A stretch of 64,000 nt of DNA from a bacterium (GCA_030431715.1 JAUIIO010000005.1:17542-81541), one strand, 5' to 3'; shown: positions 1-11,205, counted from the stretch's first letter. A program made the numbers and translations. The notes: a model not told the origin generated them from the letters alone.

Positions 1-737
1 CCTCAGATGTCACTGATCTCCTTAAGCAGCTCAGCGGAAAAGAGATTCAGTTAGATAAAGATACGAAACTTGCCGGCCGTGACTTTACGGCACTCCCACG
101 GCGAACGCTTGAGATGTCACTTACCGATAGTGTGATAAACGTTTTGGCGAATCCTAATATCGCAGCACTTCTCTGGCTGGCAGCAACCACTGGAATATCA
201 CTTGAGCTTTATAACCCGGGAGCTATTCTTCCCGGCGTTGTAGGTGTCATCTGTCTCATCCTAGCTTTAGCAGTGAGCCAAGTGATACCGATTACGCAGG
301 GCGGGATTGCTCTTATAGTGGTAGGTGGGCTGCTCGTAGGTGCTGAACTTTATATCGGAAGTGGTATATTGGGAGCTGGTGGACTTATTGCTATGGTGCT
401 TGGAACGATCTATCTCATTGATGTGCAGGAGGCCCCTTCTATGGCTGTTGATCTTGAGCTGATGATACCGGTAGCGCTGGTTCTTGGGGGCTTTTTTCTT
501 TATGTTGCATTTCAGGCGGCAAAAGCAAGAAAGCAGAAAAATCTTACCGGAAACGAATCGCTCATTGGACGTATCGCTACTGCGGAGACGACCATTGCTG
601 AGTCCGGGAAGGTCTTCATTGAGGGGGAGATCTGGAATGCCACGGCAGAAGATGGTCTCATCTCTAAAGGCGATAGGGTTCAGATAACAGAAGTGAAAGG
701 GGGACTAACCCTTGTTGTTAAGAAGTGTGAAGATTAA
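1..737 (+). CDS. NfeD-family membrane-bound serine protease partner of stomatin, C-terminal part; the frame is open to the window start, so the gene is 5'-truncated
   Basis: No stop in frame upstream of the ATG at 114. Hydrophobic multi-TM core followed by a C-terminal OB-fold-like tail (GKVFIEGEIWNA...GDRVQITEV). Lies immediately upstream of an SPFH gene, the classic nfeD-stomatin pairing. Confidence 0.7.
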   Translation, partial: SDVTDLLKQLSGKEIQLDKDTKLAGRDFTALPRRTLEMSLTDSVINVLANPNIAALLWLAATTGISLELYNPGAILPGVVGVICLILALAVSQVIPITQGGIALIVVGGLLVGAELYIGSGILGAGGLIAMVLGTIYLIDVQEAPSMAVDLELMIPVALVLGGFFLYVAFQAAKARKQKNLTGNESLIGRIATAETTIAESGKVFIEGEIWNATAEDGLISKGDRVQITEVKGGLTLVVKKCED

Positions 738-769
738 TTTAATATAGGGATGACTTTAGAGGAGATGCT

Positions 770-1519
770 ATGAGCCCGATTATTGTTACGATACTTGTTT
801 TAGGTGGGATTTTTCTCTCAAAGGCTATTTACGTTTTACAAGAATACGAACGAGGAGTGGTCTTCTTGCTTGGAAAGTATAAGAAGGTGTCTGGGCCCGG
901 CCTGGTGTTTGTACTCCCCTTTATTGAACGGCTCGTTAAGATTGACCAGCGGGTTATCACCATGGATATTCCAACTCAGGATGTTATCACCAAGGATAAC
1001 ATTACTATTAAGGTAAACGCGGTACTCTATTTTCGGGTGATGGAGCCTGATAAAGCTCTGATTAAGGTCGAAAATCATGAGTACGCAACTGGTCAGCTCT
1101 CTCAAACGACGCTCCGAAGCGTATGTGGTGAGTGTGAGTTAGATGATCTGCTTATTGAACGCGAAAAGATCAATCATCGCATTCAAGAAATTATCGATAA
1201 GCAGACTGATCCTTGGGGTATTAAAGTTACTGCAGTTGAACTCAAAGACATTGATCTCCCACAATCAATGCAGCGCGCAATGGCTAAGCAGGCTGAAGCA
1301 GAGCGGGAGAGAAGGGCAAAGATTATTCAAGCAGAAGGTGAATTTCAGGCTGCAGAGAAACTCACGGCTGCTGCTAATATCATGTCTACGCAGGGTCTGA
1401 CTATCCAGCTCAGGTACTTAGAGACACTCCGTGATATCGCAACTGAACATAACTCCACTATTGTGTTTCCTTTGCCTCTGGAATTTAAGGAGATGTTCAA
1501 TAAGATCACGGGCTCATAG
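770..1519 (+). CDS. SPFH/band-7 stomatin-like protein
   Basis: Single N-terminal TM, then a canonical stomatin core ([14 protein letters not shown]...[11 protein letters not shown]...[18 protein letters not shown]) and an Ala/Glu-rich coiled-coil. Good Shine-Dalgarno (ggagatg) upstream. Confidence 0.85.
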   Translation: MSPIIVTILVLGGIFLSKAIYVLQEYERGVVFLLGKYKKVSGPGLVFVLPFIERLVKIDQRVITMDIPTQDVITKDNITIKVNAVLYFRVMEPDKALIKVENHEYATGQLSQTTLRSVCGECELDDLLIEREKINHRIQEIIDKQTDPWGIKVTAVELKDIDLPQSMQRAMAKQAEAERERRAKIIQAEGEFQAAEKLTAAANIMSTQGLTIQLRYLETLRDIATEHNSTIVFPLPLEFKEMFNKITGS

Positions 1520-1579
1520 AGAGCTCTGTTTATAGAGACTCCTTTTAAGAGAGATTTCTGGCCAGAGTACGAACTCCAG

Positions 1580-2617
1580 ATGATGAATAATCCTTACTGG
1601 TATGAACTCCCCGCTGAAAAGATAGCGCAACGCCCGTGTGTTCCCTACGACGCCGCAAAGATGTGTGTTGTGCAGCGGGGGAGCGGAGAGCTGACGGATG
1701 GAGTCTTTCGAGAAATTGCTGATTTTCTTGAGCCCGGCGATCTTCTCGTTATGAACAATACCAAGGTTATCCCGGCGAGACTGTATGGAGAGTTAGAGAC
1801 CGGGGCAAGCATTGAAATCCTTCTTGAGCGACAACTGAATCGGTGCAAGTGGCATGTGCTCGGTAAGCCGCTTAAGAAGTTTAAGCCCGGAGTTCGACTC
1901 TTATTCGCTAATAGGCTCATTGGAGTCGTAGGGGAGCGGAAAGACGTTGGTGTTGAGATTGAGTTTTCAACTGAAGATGATAGGAGCGTCCAAGACGCTC
2001 TTCATGCTACCGGAACAATGCCAATACCTCCGTACATACGTAAGGGCAAGAGCGATGAACGAGATCTTACCGATTATCAGACACACTTCGCACGTCACAG
2101 CGGTTCTATTGCTGCTCCAACCGCAAGCCTTCACTTCACTCCAGATCTCCTTCAAGCATTAGAAGGGAAAGGGGTGCGTCGCTGCGAGCTTACGCTCCAT
2201 GTGGGAACTGCAAGTTTTCTTCCGCTCTTTGAAGAGGGTGATCAGCCGCTACGTAAACCGGGTGAGGAACGATATGTCTATTCCTCTCAGGTACTAGAGA
2301 CGATAAGAGAAACAAGAGCGAGTGGGAAAAAAGTTATCGCGGTAGGAACGACCACGGTCCGAGCGCTTGAATCGCTCTTTGGTCTCGAGGGAGAGTACAA
2401 GGACGGGGAAGAGCTTCTCACTGAACTCTTTATTACCCCCGGTTATACCTTTAAAGCCTTCGATGCTCTAGTCACGAATTTCCACCAGCCGGGCACAACA
2501 CATCTGCTTCTGGTAGAGGCCTTTTTGGGCAGGGAGCTTCTGACGGAAGTTTATACTCATGCTCTGGGAAATGAGTACCGTTTCTTGAGCTATGGTGACG
2601 GTATGCTCCTTTTATAG
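1580..2617 (+). CDS. queA: S-adenosylmethionine:tRNA ribosyltransferase-isomerase QueA
   Basis: N-terminus YELPAEKIAQRP, C-terminal NFHQPGTTHLLLVEAF and YRFLSYGDGMLL match the QueA family. It is the first gene of a conserved queA-tgt-yajC-secDF arrangement. Confidence 0.9.
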   Translation: MMNNPYWYELPAEKIAQRPCVPYDAAKMCVVQRGSGELTDGVFREIADFLEPGDLLVMNNTKVIPARLYGELETGASIEILLERQLNRCKWHVLGKPLKKFKPGVRLLFANRLIGVVGERKDVGVEIEFSTEDDRSVQDALHATGTMPIPPYIRKGKSDERDLTDYQTHFARHSGSIAAPTASLHFTPDLLQALEGKGVRRCELTLHVGTASFLPLFEEGDQPLRKPGEERYVYSSQVLETIRETRASGKKVIAVGTTTVRALESLFGLEGEYKDGEELLTELFITPGYTFKAFDALVTNFHQPGTTHLLLVEAFLGRELLTEVYTHALGNEYRFLSYGDGMLLL

Positions 2618-2633
2618 GTTGTGAGCCGGCATT

Positions 2634-2930
2634 ACGCATGAATAATTCCTCATCCTCATCCTCATCCTCATCCTCATCCTCATCCTCATCCTCATCCTCA
2701 TCCTCATCCTCATCTTGCACCTGCTCCACGCTCTTCCTCTCGCACTAATGTGCTGAACCACGAAAAGTGTAATTTCCTAATCCTGCTCCTTGTCTTTGTT
2801 TTGCCCCAAATTGTTTGTTATAGGGCAGGAATAGGACTAGGAAAAGGACAAGGATTCTTTCGATCTTGTGAGAAAGAGTGTGGATTAGGTGCAGGGTGAA
2901 GAAAAAGAGGAGGAGAAACGCTTTTAAAGA
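2634..2930. repeat. Nested imperfect inverted repeats with TCCT-hexamer-rich arms. Outer arms are about 2690-2745 and 2870-2925; inner arms are about 2786-2820 and 2830-2865.
   Basis: The left arms cttgcacctgctccacgctcttcctctc and tcctaatcctgctccttgtctttg are approximately complementary to the right arms gagaaagagtgtggattaggtgcagggtgaag and gggcaggaataggactaggaaaaggacaagg. The same sequence words recur at other intergenic sites in the window. Confidence 0.7.
2648..2713. repeat. Perfect hexanucleotide microsatellite (CCTCAT)x11
   Basis: 66 bp of exact CCTCAT tandem copies, read directly from the sequence. It lies in the queA-tgt intergenic region. Confidence 0.95.
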
Positions 2931-2972
2931 AGTTGCATACTCCGCCAGACTTGCCTCAAGGATGGGATATAG

Positions 2973-4635
<1,663 letters not shown>

Positions 4636-4655
4636 TAATAACAATTGGAGGACTT

Positions 4656-5231
4656 ATGTTACGCAAAGCGTTACTCATATTATCGTTAGCCCTTGTTCCT
4701 GCGGTCAGCATGGCACTTGAGACGGGTGATGAGGCCCCGGACTTTACGTTAGAAAATTACGATGGGAAAAAGATTTCTCTCTCTGATTACCGCGGAGAAT
4801 ATGTCGTACTTGAATGGACAAACCCAAAGTGTCCATTTGTAAAACGACACGCAAAATCAAGCACCATGAAGGCACTTTATGAAAAGTATCATAAAAAAGA
4901 CGTAGCGTGGCTTGCGATTGATACAACTCACTTCCTTGGAAAAGAAGACAACAAGAAGTTTGCTGAGAAGTATGGTCTAGAGTATCCAATCCTTGACGAC
5001 AGCTCAGGGACCGTTGGGAAGCTCTATGAGGCCAAGACAACTCCTCATATGTTCATCATCAACCCCGAGGGTAAAATCGTTTATCAGGGCGCAATCGACG
5101 ACGATCCCTTCGCAGAAAAAGATAAGAGACTGAACTATGTCTCAGCGGCTCTGGAATCTCTCCTATCAGGAAAGAGCCCCGAAGCCCAACTAACAAAATC
5201 CTACGGCTGCAGCGTAAAATACGCCAGCTAG
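4656..5231 (+). CDS. Periplasmic thioredoxin-fold redoxin family protein
   Basis: Signal peptide. Thioredoxin-fold signature around FTLENYDGKKISLSDYRGEYVVLEWTNPKCPF with one clear active-site Cys. Directly follows the DsbD-alpha-like gene. Confidence 0.5.
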   Translation: MLRKALLILSLALVPAVSMALETGDEAPDFTLENYDGKKISLSDYRGEYVVLEWTNPKCPFVKRHAKSSTMKALYEKYHKKDVAWLAIDTTHFLGKEDNKKFAEKYGLEYPILDDSSGTVGKLYEAKTTPHMFIINPEGKIVYQGAIDDDPFAEKDKRLNYVSAALESLLSGKSPEAQLTKSYGCSVKYAS

Positions 5232-5244
5232 CCAAGTTACAAAA

Positions 5245-5270
5245 GAAAGGGCCGCATACGGCCCTTTCTT
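5245..5270 (+). terminator. Rho-independent terminator after the redoxin gene
   Basis: GGGCCG-cata-CGGCCC stem-loop followed by TTTCTT. Confidence 0.6.
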
Positions 5271-5297
5271 CTACCCCCTCCCCACACACACATCTAC

Positions 5298-5421
5298 CTT
5301 GAGAATCACCCCCGGCGAGGAGCCCTGAGCATACCCGGATTTTTGATCGTCTCCTATCGCATCATAAAATCCGGGTATGCTCAGGACTCCTCGCCCCCCT
5401 TGATATTCTGGATTCTCAAGG
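5298..5421. repeat. 124-bp imperfect palindrome, possibly a MITE-like or regulatory element
   Basis: Left arm ccttgagaatc...ccccggcgaggagccctgagcatacccggattt; right arm aaatccgggtatgctcaggactcctcgcccccc...gattctcaagg. The outer 11 bp are perfect and the inner ~33 bp carry 3-4 mismatches. The arm motif GCGAGGAGC-TGAG-CAT resembles the 5' end of the ~300-bp repeat family. Confidence 0.8.
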
Positions 5422-5461
5422 TATTATTACCCCTCTAATTACCTTCAGGAGTTATTTTCAC

Positions 5462-5818
5462 GTGAAGAAAATCCCCGCACTCTTTTTTATTCTCTTTTTC
5501 CCTGCATTAGCCCTTGCTCAGGAAGCCGCAGCGCGCCCGCCACTTACCGAGGTGCTCTTCCGGATGATGCCGCTCTTTTTGATGGTTTTCATCGTCTTTC
5601 ACTTCTTGGTGATTCGTCCGCAGGAGAAGAAGTCGAAGGCCCAGAGAGAACTTATTGAATCTCTTACAAAAAATGAACAGGTAGTAACGACAAGTGGGAT
5701 CGTTGGAAGGGTTGCTGGAATCGAGAAAGATTATATACTGCTAGAGATTTCCAATAACGTTAAGGTGAAATTCGAGCCGGGACATGTCGTGAAGCGGTTC
5801 GAGAAAGAGAAGTCATAA
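5462..5818 (+). CDS. yajC: Preprotein translocase subunit YajC
   Basis: Single TM plus the YajC core (MPLFLMVFIVFHFLVIRPQ...QVVTTSGIVGRVAGIEKDYILLEI). Located between tgt and secD as in proteobacteria. Confidence 0.8.
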   Translation: MKKIPALFFILFFPALALAQEAAARPPLTEVLFRMMPLFLMVFIVFHFLVIRPQEKKSKAQRELIESLTKNEQVVTTSGIVGRVAGIEKDYILLEISNNVKVKFEPGHVVKRFEKEKS

Positions 5819-5828
5819 GCGGGTTTTT

Positions 5829-7364
5829 ATGGGCTCAAGTATCAAACAACGAATCATTATTTTCTTTGTCGTAATTGTTTTTGCGATCTTATTCCTCTTA
5901 CCAACGGCTTTTAAGTCGACCTTTGATGGTGTTCAGTGGATCTCCAAGCCAATCTCATTTGGTCTTGATCTAAGCGGTGGTGTCTATCTCGTGTACGAAG
6001 TGGTAGCTGAGGAGGCTGTGAAGAGTAGGTTACAAGCCACTGCGAATAGCATGCGTAGAGACCTTCGGAATGAGAAGGTTGCGGTAACCCGCGCTACCGT
6101 TGAGGGCGATCGAGAAGTTCAATTAGTACTCTTTAGTCAACGTTTAGTCGAGAAGGCGAAAGAGGTTGTAAGTGAAAATTATGGTCATCTTGAATTCTTA
6201 GGCGCTGAGCCTGCAGGAACGCGAGTTAAGCTCCGTTACGGAATTAGCCTTAAGGAAGCTGATAACATCAAGCGTTCAGCTATTGATCAGGCTATTGAAA
6301 CGCTTAGAAACAGGGTTGACCAATTTGGAGTAGCCGAGCCGCTCATTCAAAAGATAGGTACCCGTCGTATCATTCTTCAGATGCCCGGTGTTTCTGACGT
6401 TGAATCAGTGAAGAAGATTGTAGGATCGGTTGCGAGCCTTGAGTTCCGATTTCGGCCGAATACTGAATCAGCAGCCTATCAGGTAATGATTAAGGATCGA
6501 TCTGGCACGAGCGTACCGGTAGAGGATGAAGTGCAGATGACGGGTGATGCCGTGGATGACGCACGAGTTTCTCTCATTAACGGTCAGGTTGAAGTTTCAC
6601 TTAATCTCACCTCTGAGGGGTCTCGTACCTTTAGACGCATCACTACTGATGGTGTTGGTCGTGAACTCTCTATTATTCTTGATGGTGTTGAGTACTCTGC
6701 GCCGAGGATTAATGAGCCGATCGCTGGAGGTCGTGCGAGTATCTCAGGTGGCTTCACTGTTGAGGAGGCTAAGAATTTAGCCGTTGTACTTCGTGCCGGA
6801 GCACTTCCTGCCCCACTTAAAGTTTTAGAAGAGCGTACCGTTGGACCGACACTTGGTGCCGAGTCTATTCGCAAAGGGGTGACGGCTATTATTGCAGGTT
6901 TCCTCCTTATCGTTGTCTTTATGGCGCTCTACTATAAGAAGGCAGGTTTGATTGCTGTTGGGACGCTCGTGCTAAACATTTTGTTGGTGTTAGCGGCTCT
7001 CTCGGCCTTTGGTGCAACACTTACGCTTCCGGGGCTTGCTGGTCTTGCGCTTACGGTCGGTATGGCGGTTGATGCGAATGTCATTATATTCGAGCGAATT
7101 CGCGAAGAAGTCCGTATCGGGGTAGGTCGTGATGCTGCTGTAAGCTCAGGGTTTGATAAAGCGCTCTCTGCGATCATTGATTCGAACATCACGACACTCC
7201 TAGCCGGGCTTGTCCTTTATTATTTTGGAACTGGTCCTGTCCGCGGTTTCGCAGTGACGCTGTCAGTTGGAATTTTGACTACTATCTATTGTGCAACATT
7301 TGTCGCCAGACTCGCTTTTGACGTATTTCGTGTCGAAGGACGTGAGGGGACTGTTTCGGTTTAG
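5829..7364 (+). CDS. secD: Protein translocase subunit SecD
   Basis: Large periplasmic domain plus a 6-TM C-terminal region with conserved SecD blocks (GLDLSGG, LGAESI, AGLIAVGTLVLNIL, VDANVIIFERIRE). Confidence 0.93.
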   Translation: MGSSIKQRIIIFFVVIVFAILFLLPTAFKSTFDGVQWISKPISFGLDLSGGVYLVYEVVAEEAVKSRLQATANSMRRDLRNEKVAVTRATVEGDREVQLVLFSQRLVEKAKEVVSENYGHLEFLGAEPAGTRVKLRYGISLKEADNIKRSAIDQAIETLRNRVDQFGVAEPLIQKIGTRRIILQMPGVSDVESVKKIVGSVASLEFRFRPNTESAAYQVMIKDRSGTSVPVEDEVQMTGDAVDDARVSLINGQVEVSLNLTSEGSRTFRRITTDGVGRELSIILDGVEYSAPRINEPIAGGRASISGGFTVEEAKNLAVVLRAGALPAPLKVLEERTVGPTLGAESIRKGVTAIIAGFLLIVVFMALYYKKAGLIAVGTLVLNILLVLAALSAFGATLTLPGLAGLALTVGMAVDANVIIFERIREEVRIGVGRDAAVSSGFDKALSAIIDSNITTLLAGLVLYYFGTGPVRGFAVTLSVGILTTIYCATFVARLAFDVFRVEGREGTVSV

Positions 7365-7373
7365 CAGGTTTGT

Positions 7374-8273
7374 ATGGAAATAATTTCAAGCTCTACGAAG
7401 ATTAATTTTCTGGGAATGAGGTATTTTGCCTTCCTTCTCTCTACGCTCCTTATCGCAGGTTCGGTATATCTCTGGGTGACCACAGGGGAATCAAAATTTG
7501 GGATCGATTATCTCGGAGGTCATGAACTTGTTGTTCGCGTCGATGAGGGAGTAACAAGCGCTGATATCAGAAAGCAGCTTTCAAAAGAGGGGATAGATCC
7601 AGTAGTTCAGGCTTTTGAGGAAGCTGAAGGTGAGTACTCTATACGCTTGAGTTCAGATAAGAAAACAAAGGAAGTTAGAGATCTGATTACGAACTCTCTA
7701 AAAGGTATCTCAAAAGATACGGTAGAAGTTATCAAGGCAGACTTTGTTGGCCCTACGATAGGAGAAGAGCTAAAGCGAAATGCTCTTATCGCTATTTTGG
7801 TTGGTCTTGTTGGAATGCTTATCTATATCAGCTTTCGATTTGAAGTTGCATTTGCTGTTGGAGCCGTTGCTGCGCTCTTTCACGATGTTATTGTTTCAAT
7901 GGGAGTTTACCTCTTTTTTGATTACACCATAAGTGTCGCCACCCTTGCTGCTGCGCTTACGATAGTCGGGTACTCGGTAAACGATACGATTATCGTTTTT
8001 GACAGGGTGCGTGAGGAGATCTATCGCCAACAAAAAGCAACACTTGAAGACATCATTAATTACAGCATTAACGCTACACTCTCTCGAACCATCATTACGA
8101 GTTTACTTACATTCTTCTCTGCAATAGCACTTCTCCTCTACGGTGGTGGTGCAATTGCTGACTTGAGTCTGTTCCTTTGTGTAGGTGTTGTTACCGGTAC
8201 CTATTCTACAATATTCATCGCTTCTCCAGTCGCCCTAGCATGGGAAAACTTCAGAAGACCTGTGAAATCTTAA
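7374..8273 (+). CDS. secF: Protein translocase subunit SecF
   Basis: SecF blocks (GIDYLGG, SVNDTIIVFDRVRE) and six predicted TMs; 10 bp downstream of secD. Confidence 0.93.
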   Translation: MEIISSSTKINFLGMRYFAFLLSTLLIAGSVYLWVTTGESKFGIDYLGGHELVVRVDEGVTSADIRKQLSKEGIDPVVQAFEEAEGEYSIRLSSDKKTKEVRDLITNSLKGISKDTVEVIKADFVGPTIGEELKRNALIAILVGLVGMLIYISFRFEVAFAVGAVAALFHDVIVSMGVYLFFDYTISVATLAAALTIVGYSVNDTIIVFDRVREEIYRQQKATLEDIINYSINATLSRTIITSLLTFFSAIALLLYGGGAIADLSLFLCVGVVTGTYSTIFIASPVALAWENFRRPVKS

Positions 8274-8309
8274 TACGCTCCCTGAATGAAGCACCTAGCA
8301 CAACTTCGA

Positions 8310-8341
8310 CCTTGTCCTGCTCCTAGTCCTATTCCTGACCC
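8310..8341. repeat. Single-arm copy of the TCCT-hexamer intergenic unit (ccttgtcctgctcctagtcctattcctgaccc)
   Basis: Near-identical 32-mer to the left arms at 62761, 63373 and 63678; no complementary right arm at this site. Confidence 0.75.
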
Positions 8342-8475
8342 ATTATAAGACAGTGGTTACTCTCTACTCACTCATTTTGACCTTGCCAAACTCCTAAAAC
8401 AACCCGAGTTTTTCCCTATTTCTAGCTGAAGCGATCGAGCTCTTATCCCGGATAAGTGGGGGTAAGAGGTATCTA

Positions 8476-9159
8476 ATGCTGTTTTCTACTATAAGATTGC
8501 TCCTATTCTTAACTACTGTGGTGTCTATTAGTGCATGTAGTATAGGGACGCCTTCCGGGCAGAATCTTGTCCTTACCGATCAGCCAGAGCGTGAGATTAA
8601 AGTGCTCGTAGCTTATGGTAGTGGCGTGTCCAAGGAAGCCGGACATATGGTAGTAGGGCGTGTCGCGGCACGCTTAAAGGAGCAGGCAAACGTTACCCTG
8701 ATTACACATGAGGTGGAGAACCATCTCGATTCGACCCCAACTCGCAGCCTCTCTACCTTTTTGAGGGGATGGAAGAAGGCGCTCGGTCAGAAAGGAGAAG
8801 AGTATGATATCATTCATCTCTTCTTACCAATGAAAAGTGTCGTTCCTGCTTCAAGTGAAAATGCTCTTGGTTATGCGGAAGGGATTGGCGTTGCAGGAAG
8901 GATTCCTGATGCTTTTTCTTATACACGACTGACGGGTGACCTTGATACCGATACTTGGTCAATGTTACACGAATTTGGTCATCTCCTTGGAGCCGAGCAT
9001 GCTTCAACTGGAATCATGAGAGATGACAGGCTCCCTGAGGAGCTTTACTTCTCTGCAGATTCGCTTGTTTCCATGTTTGGAGATAAGAATAGAATGGCAA
9101 GATTTGTTTCTTACCGTAAACGCCCTCAACTCGCATTTACTTCTTTTAAAAGTTTCTAG
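8476..9159 (+). CDS. Lipoprotein with a metzincin zinc-binding motif (putative small metallopeptidase)
   Basis: Signal peptide with a lipobox (VVSISAC), then HEFGHLLGAEH, which fits the HExxHxxGxxH metzincin consensus. A downstream Met (SLVSMF) could be the Met-turn. Confidence 0.5.
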   Translation: MLFSTIRLLLFLTTVVSISACSIGTPSGQNLVLTDQPEREIKVLVAYGSGVSKEAGHMVVGRVAARLKEQANVTLITHEVENHLDSTPTRSLSTFLRGWKKALGQKGEEYDIIHLFLPMKSVVPASSENALGYAEGIGVAGRIPDAFSYTRLTGDLDTDTWSMLHEFGHLLGAEHASTGIMRDDRLPEELYFSADSLVSMFGDKNRMARFVSYRKRPQLAFTSFKSF

Positions 9160-9297
9160 GAGAAAGACTGCAGCGCTTTGCGTGAGCAAAAATACCTGCT
9201 CCTAGACCTTAAGCTGCTCCAAAGTTTGGTCAAGGTATAGGTTTAGGTTCAGGTCAAGGTGTTTGGTGGTGGTTGAATTCAGCCTCACGGGGATGAC

Positions 9298-10347
9298 TTA
9301 ATTGAACTGTGATAAGCTCTGAGGGAAGTCTTTGCGGATATCTCCGGAATAATAATCTTTCAGTGCGGCTACTTTGTCTTTAAATCCTACAGCGTTTTCT
9401 GCTGCTGGTGCTTTGATCATGAGCTTGTAGAAGAGGTCACCTCTGTTTCCTTCTCTATCAGGAATCCCTTTTCCCTTTACGCGAATACTAGTGCCGCTCT
9501 GTGAGCCAGAGGGGATTTTTATTAAGACCGGATCTTCGAGGGTGGGTACTTGAATCTGCGATCCATCAACAGCCTCAGAGAGTGTAATTGGTACTTCAAT
9601 AATTAATCCCTTTCGTTCAATAGCAAGGTAGGGGTGTGAAGCGAGCTGAACAATCAGTACAAGTTCTTCCCCAGGAAGTGATTTACTACGCATACGAACG
9701 ACACTTCCAGTGCGCACCCCCGGAGGAATGGTAACCGAGACTTTTCTCTCCTCATGTTCATCAGCAATTTCGATTGTTTTTTTAACTCCTTTAATCGCAT
9801 CTGGTACGGTCAGTGAAACCTCAATGATTGAGATGCTATTTGGCCCGGATTTTCTGACGTTGGTAGCACCTTGCTTGTGCTTACTTAGAAAGGGGATAGA
9901 TAGTTTAGGTATCTCAAGAGTAAGCCCTTTTGCCAGTGACTCTCCGGCTTGCTTCAGAAGGCTCTTGCCGACGGTGGGCGCTGCTTTCCTAGAGGTGTCT
10001 CTTGGGGGAGATTGTTTCGCGGTAGAAGCTGTGCTTTGTGCTGAGCTCTGCCGTGCGAACTCACGACTTTTCGCCTCAAACTGGGCACGAGCCTGTTCAG
10101 CATAAGCTTTGAGTCGCTTTGCTGCCAGCTTGTTGTAAGCTCGCTCGTAGTCAATATCGTACTGCTTTTTTTGCTGCTCATCACTCAGTACCTTGTAGGC
10201 TTCAGCGATGGCCTTAAATTTGTCACTGGACTCTTTACCAGGATTTACATCTGGATGATATCGGCGTGCGAGAATGCGGTACGCCCTGCGGATCTCATCT
10301 TTGGTAGCTGAGGAATTAAGTCCGAGGGTGTCATAGTAGTCCTGCAT
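9298..10347 (-). CDS. J-domain co-chaperone of the DnaJ/CbpA class (no zinc finger)
   Basis: N-terminal J domain with HPD (DYYDTLGL...YHPDVNP...KFKAIAEAYKVL), a long charged linker, and C-terminal DnaJ CTD-like beta domains. No CxxCxGxG repeats. Confidence 0.8.
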   Translation of the reverse strand: MQDYYDTLGLNSSATKDEIRRAYRILARRYHPDVNPGKESSDKFKAIAEAYKVLSDEQQKKQYDIDYERAYNKLAAKRLKAYAEQARAQFEAKSREFARQSSAQSTASTAKQSPPRDTSRKAAPTVGKSLLKQAGESLAKGLTLEIPKLSIPFLSKHKQGATNVRKSGPNSISIIEVSLTVPDAIKGVKKTIEIADEHEERKVSVTIPPGVRTGSVVRMRSKSLPGEELVLIVQLASHPYLAIERKGLIIEVPITLSEAVDGSQIQVPTLEDPVLIKIPSGSQSGTSIRVKGKGIPDREGNRGDLFYKLMIKAPAAENAVGFKDKVAALKDYYSGDIRKDFPQSLSQFN

Positions 10348-10490
10348 AGTTACACCTATAATTACCTGCCTGATAGTGCTTCATCAAGATGATTTCGCGT
10401 CCTTAACCGGCATTTAGACAGTAAGTAATGGATTGCGAGAGTAGGCGATGCTACGTAGTATAGCCAGATAGGCACACATCATCAGGCGGG

Positions 10491-11174
10491 GTGGATTCGG
10501 TGGTAAGATCAAATACGTTTCATGTCAAAAGAGTCACTGAACATGATAAATTTCGTAAGAGATTTGCACTTGAGGTTGTGCATCAAGCACAGATAGTAGA
10601 TGAGGGGGTTGAGCATGCACTTTTTCAAGCTCTATCAGCAGTCCCTCGTGAGCAATTTATCCCGGAAAGATATCTTACTCGCGCGACAGAGAATGTATCG
10701 CTGCCAGTAGGCTTTAATCAATTTTGTGAGCAGCCCTCAGCATTTATACGTATGGCCAGTATCATTGGTGTAACTCCCGGAATGCGTGTGTTAGAGGTTG
10801 GCACCGGCTCTGGTTACAGTGCCGCGCTTCTATCGAAGATGGGTATCAGAGTCTGTTCTATTGAAAAAGAGGGGCTACTGGCCCAGCAGGCCCGTAAGCG
10901 CCTTGATAGACTTGGGTTTTCAAATGTGTTGATCCGAACTGGGAATGGGCTCAAAGGGTGGAAGGACTATGCTCCCTTTGATGGTATTTTTCTGACCGTA
11001 GCGATTGATGAGCACCCCTATGAACTGGTAAAACAGTTGAGCCCTGAAGGAGGCCTTATGGTCTATCCACTTGAAACTGTTGAAGGGCAACGACTCACCC
11101 TGGTGCAAAAAGAGGGCGATGACGTGAAGATCTTCACCCTTGAAGAGACTGCCTACGCACCGGCAGTACTCTAA
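10491..11174 (+). CDS. pcm: Protein-L-isoaspartate O-methyltransferase
   Basis: SAM motif VLEVGTGSGYSAALL and the PCMT C-terminal region (FDGIFLTVAIDE...PEGGLMVYPLE). The true start is probably an internal Met. Confidence 0.85.
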   Translation: MDSVVRSNTFHVKRVTEHDKFRKRFALEVVHQAQIVDEGVEHALFQALSAVPREQFIPERYLTRATENVSLPVGFNQFCEQPSAFIRMASIIGVTPGMRVLEVGTGSGYSAALLSKMGIRVCSIEKEGLLAQQARKRLDRLGFSNVLIRTGNGLKGWKDYAPFDGIFLTVAIDEHPYELVKQLSPEGGLMVYPLETVEGQRLTLVQKEGDDVKIFTLEETAYAPAVL

Positions 11175-11205
11175 GTTGGCGTACTCTACGTAAAGGAACT
11201 CTAAA

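Noticed and set aside
2472-2729. Minus-strand ORF encoding a (DE)n peptide
   Set aside because: It is simply the translation of the (CCTCAT)11 microsatellite; it has no RBS and lies in intergenic repeat sequence.
6544-7192. Several 78-96-aa ORFs on both strands inside secD (and similar antisense ORFs inside valS, lptD, ligase, the ATPase gene, etc.)
   Set aside because: They are nested within, or antisense to, long genes with strong family identity. I treat them as frame artefacts.
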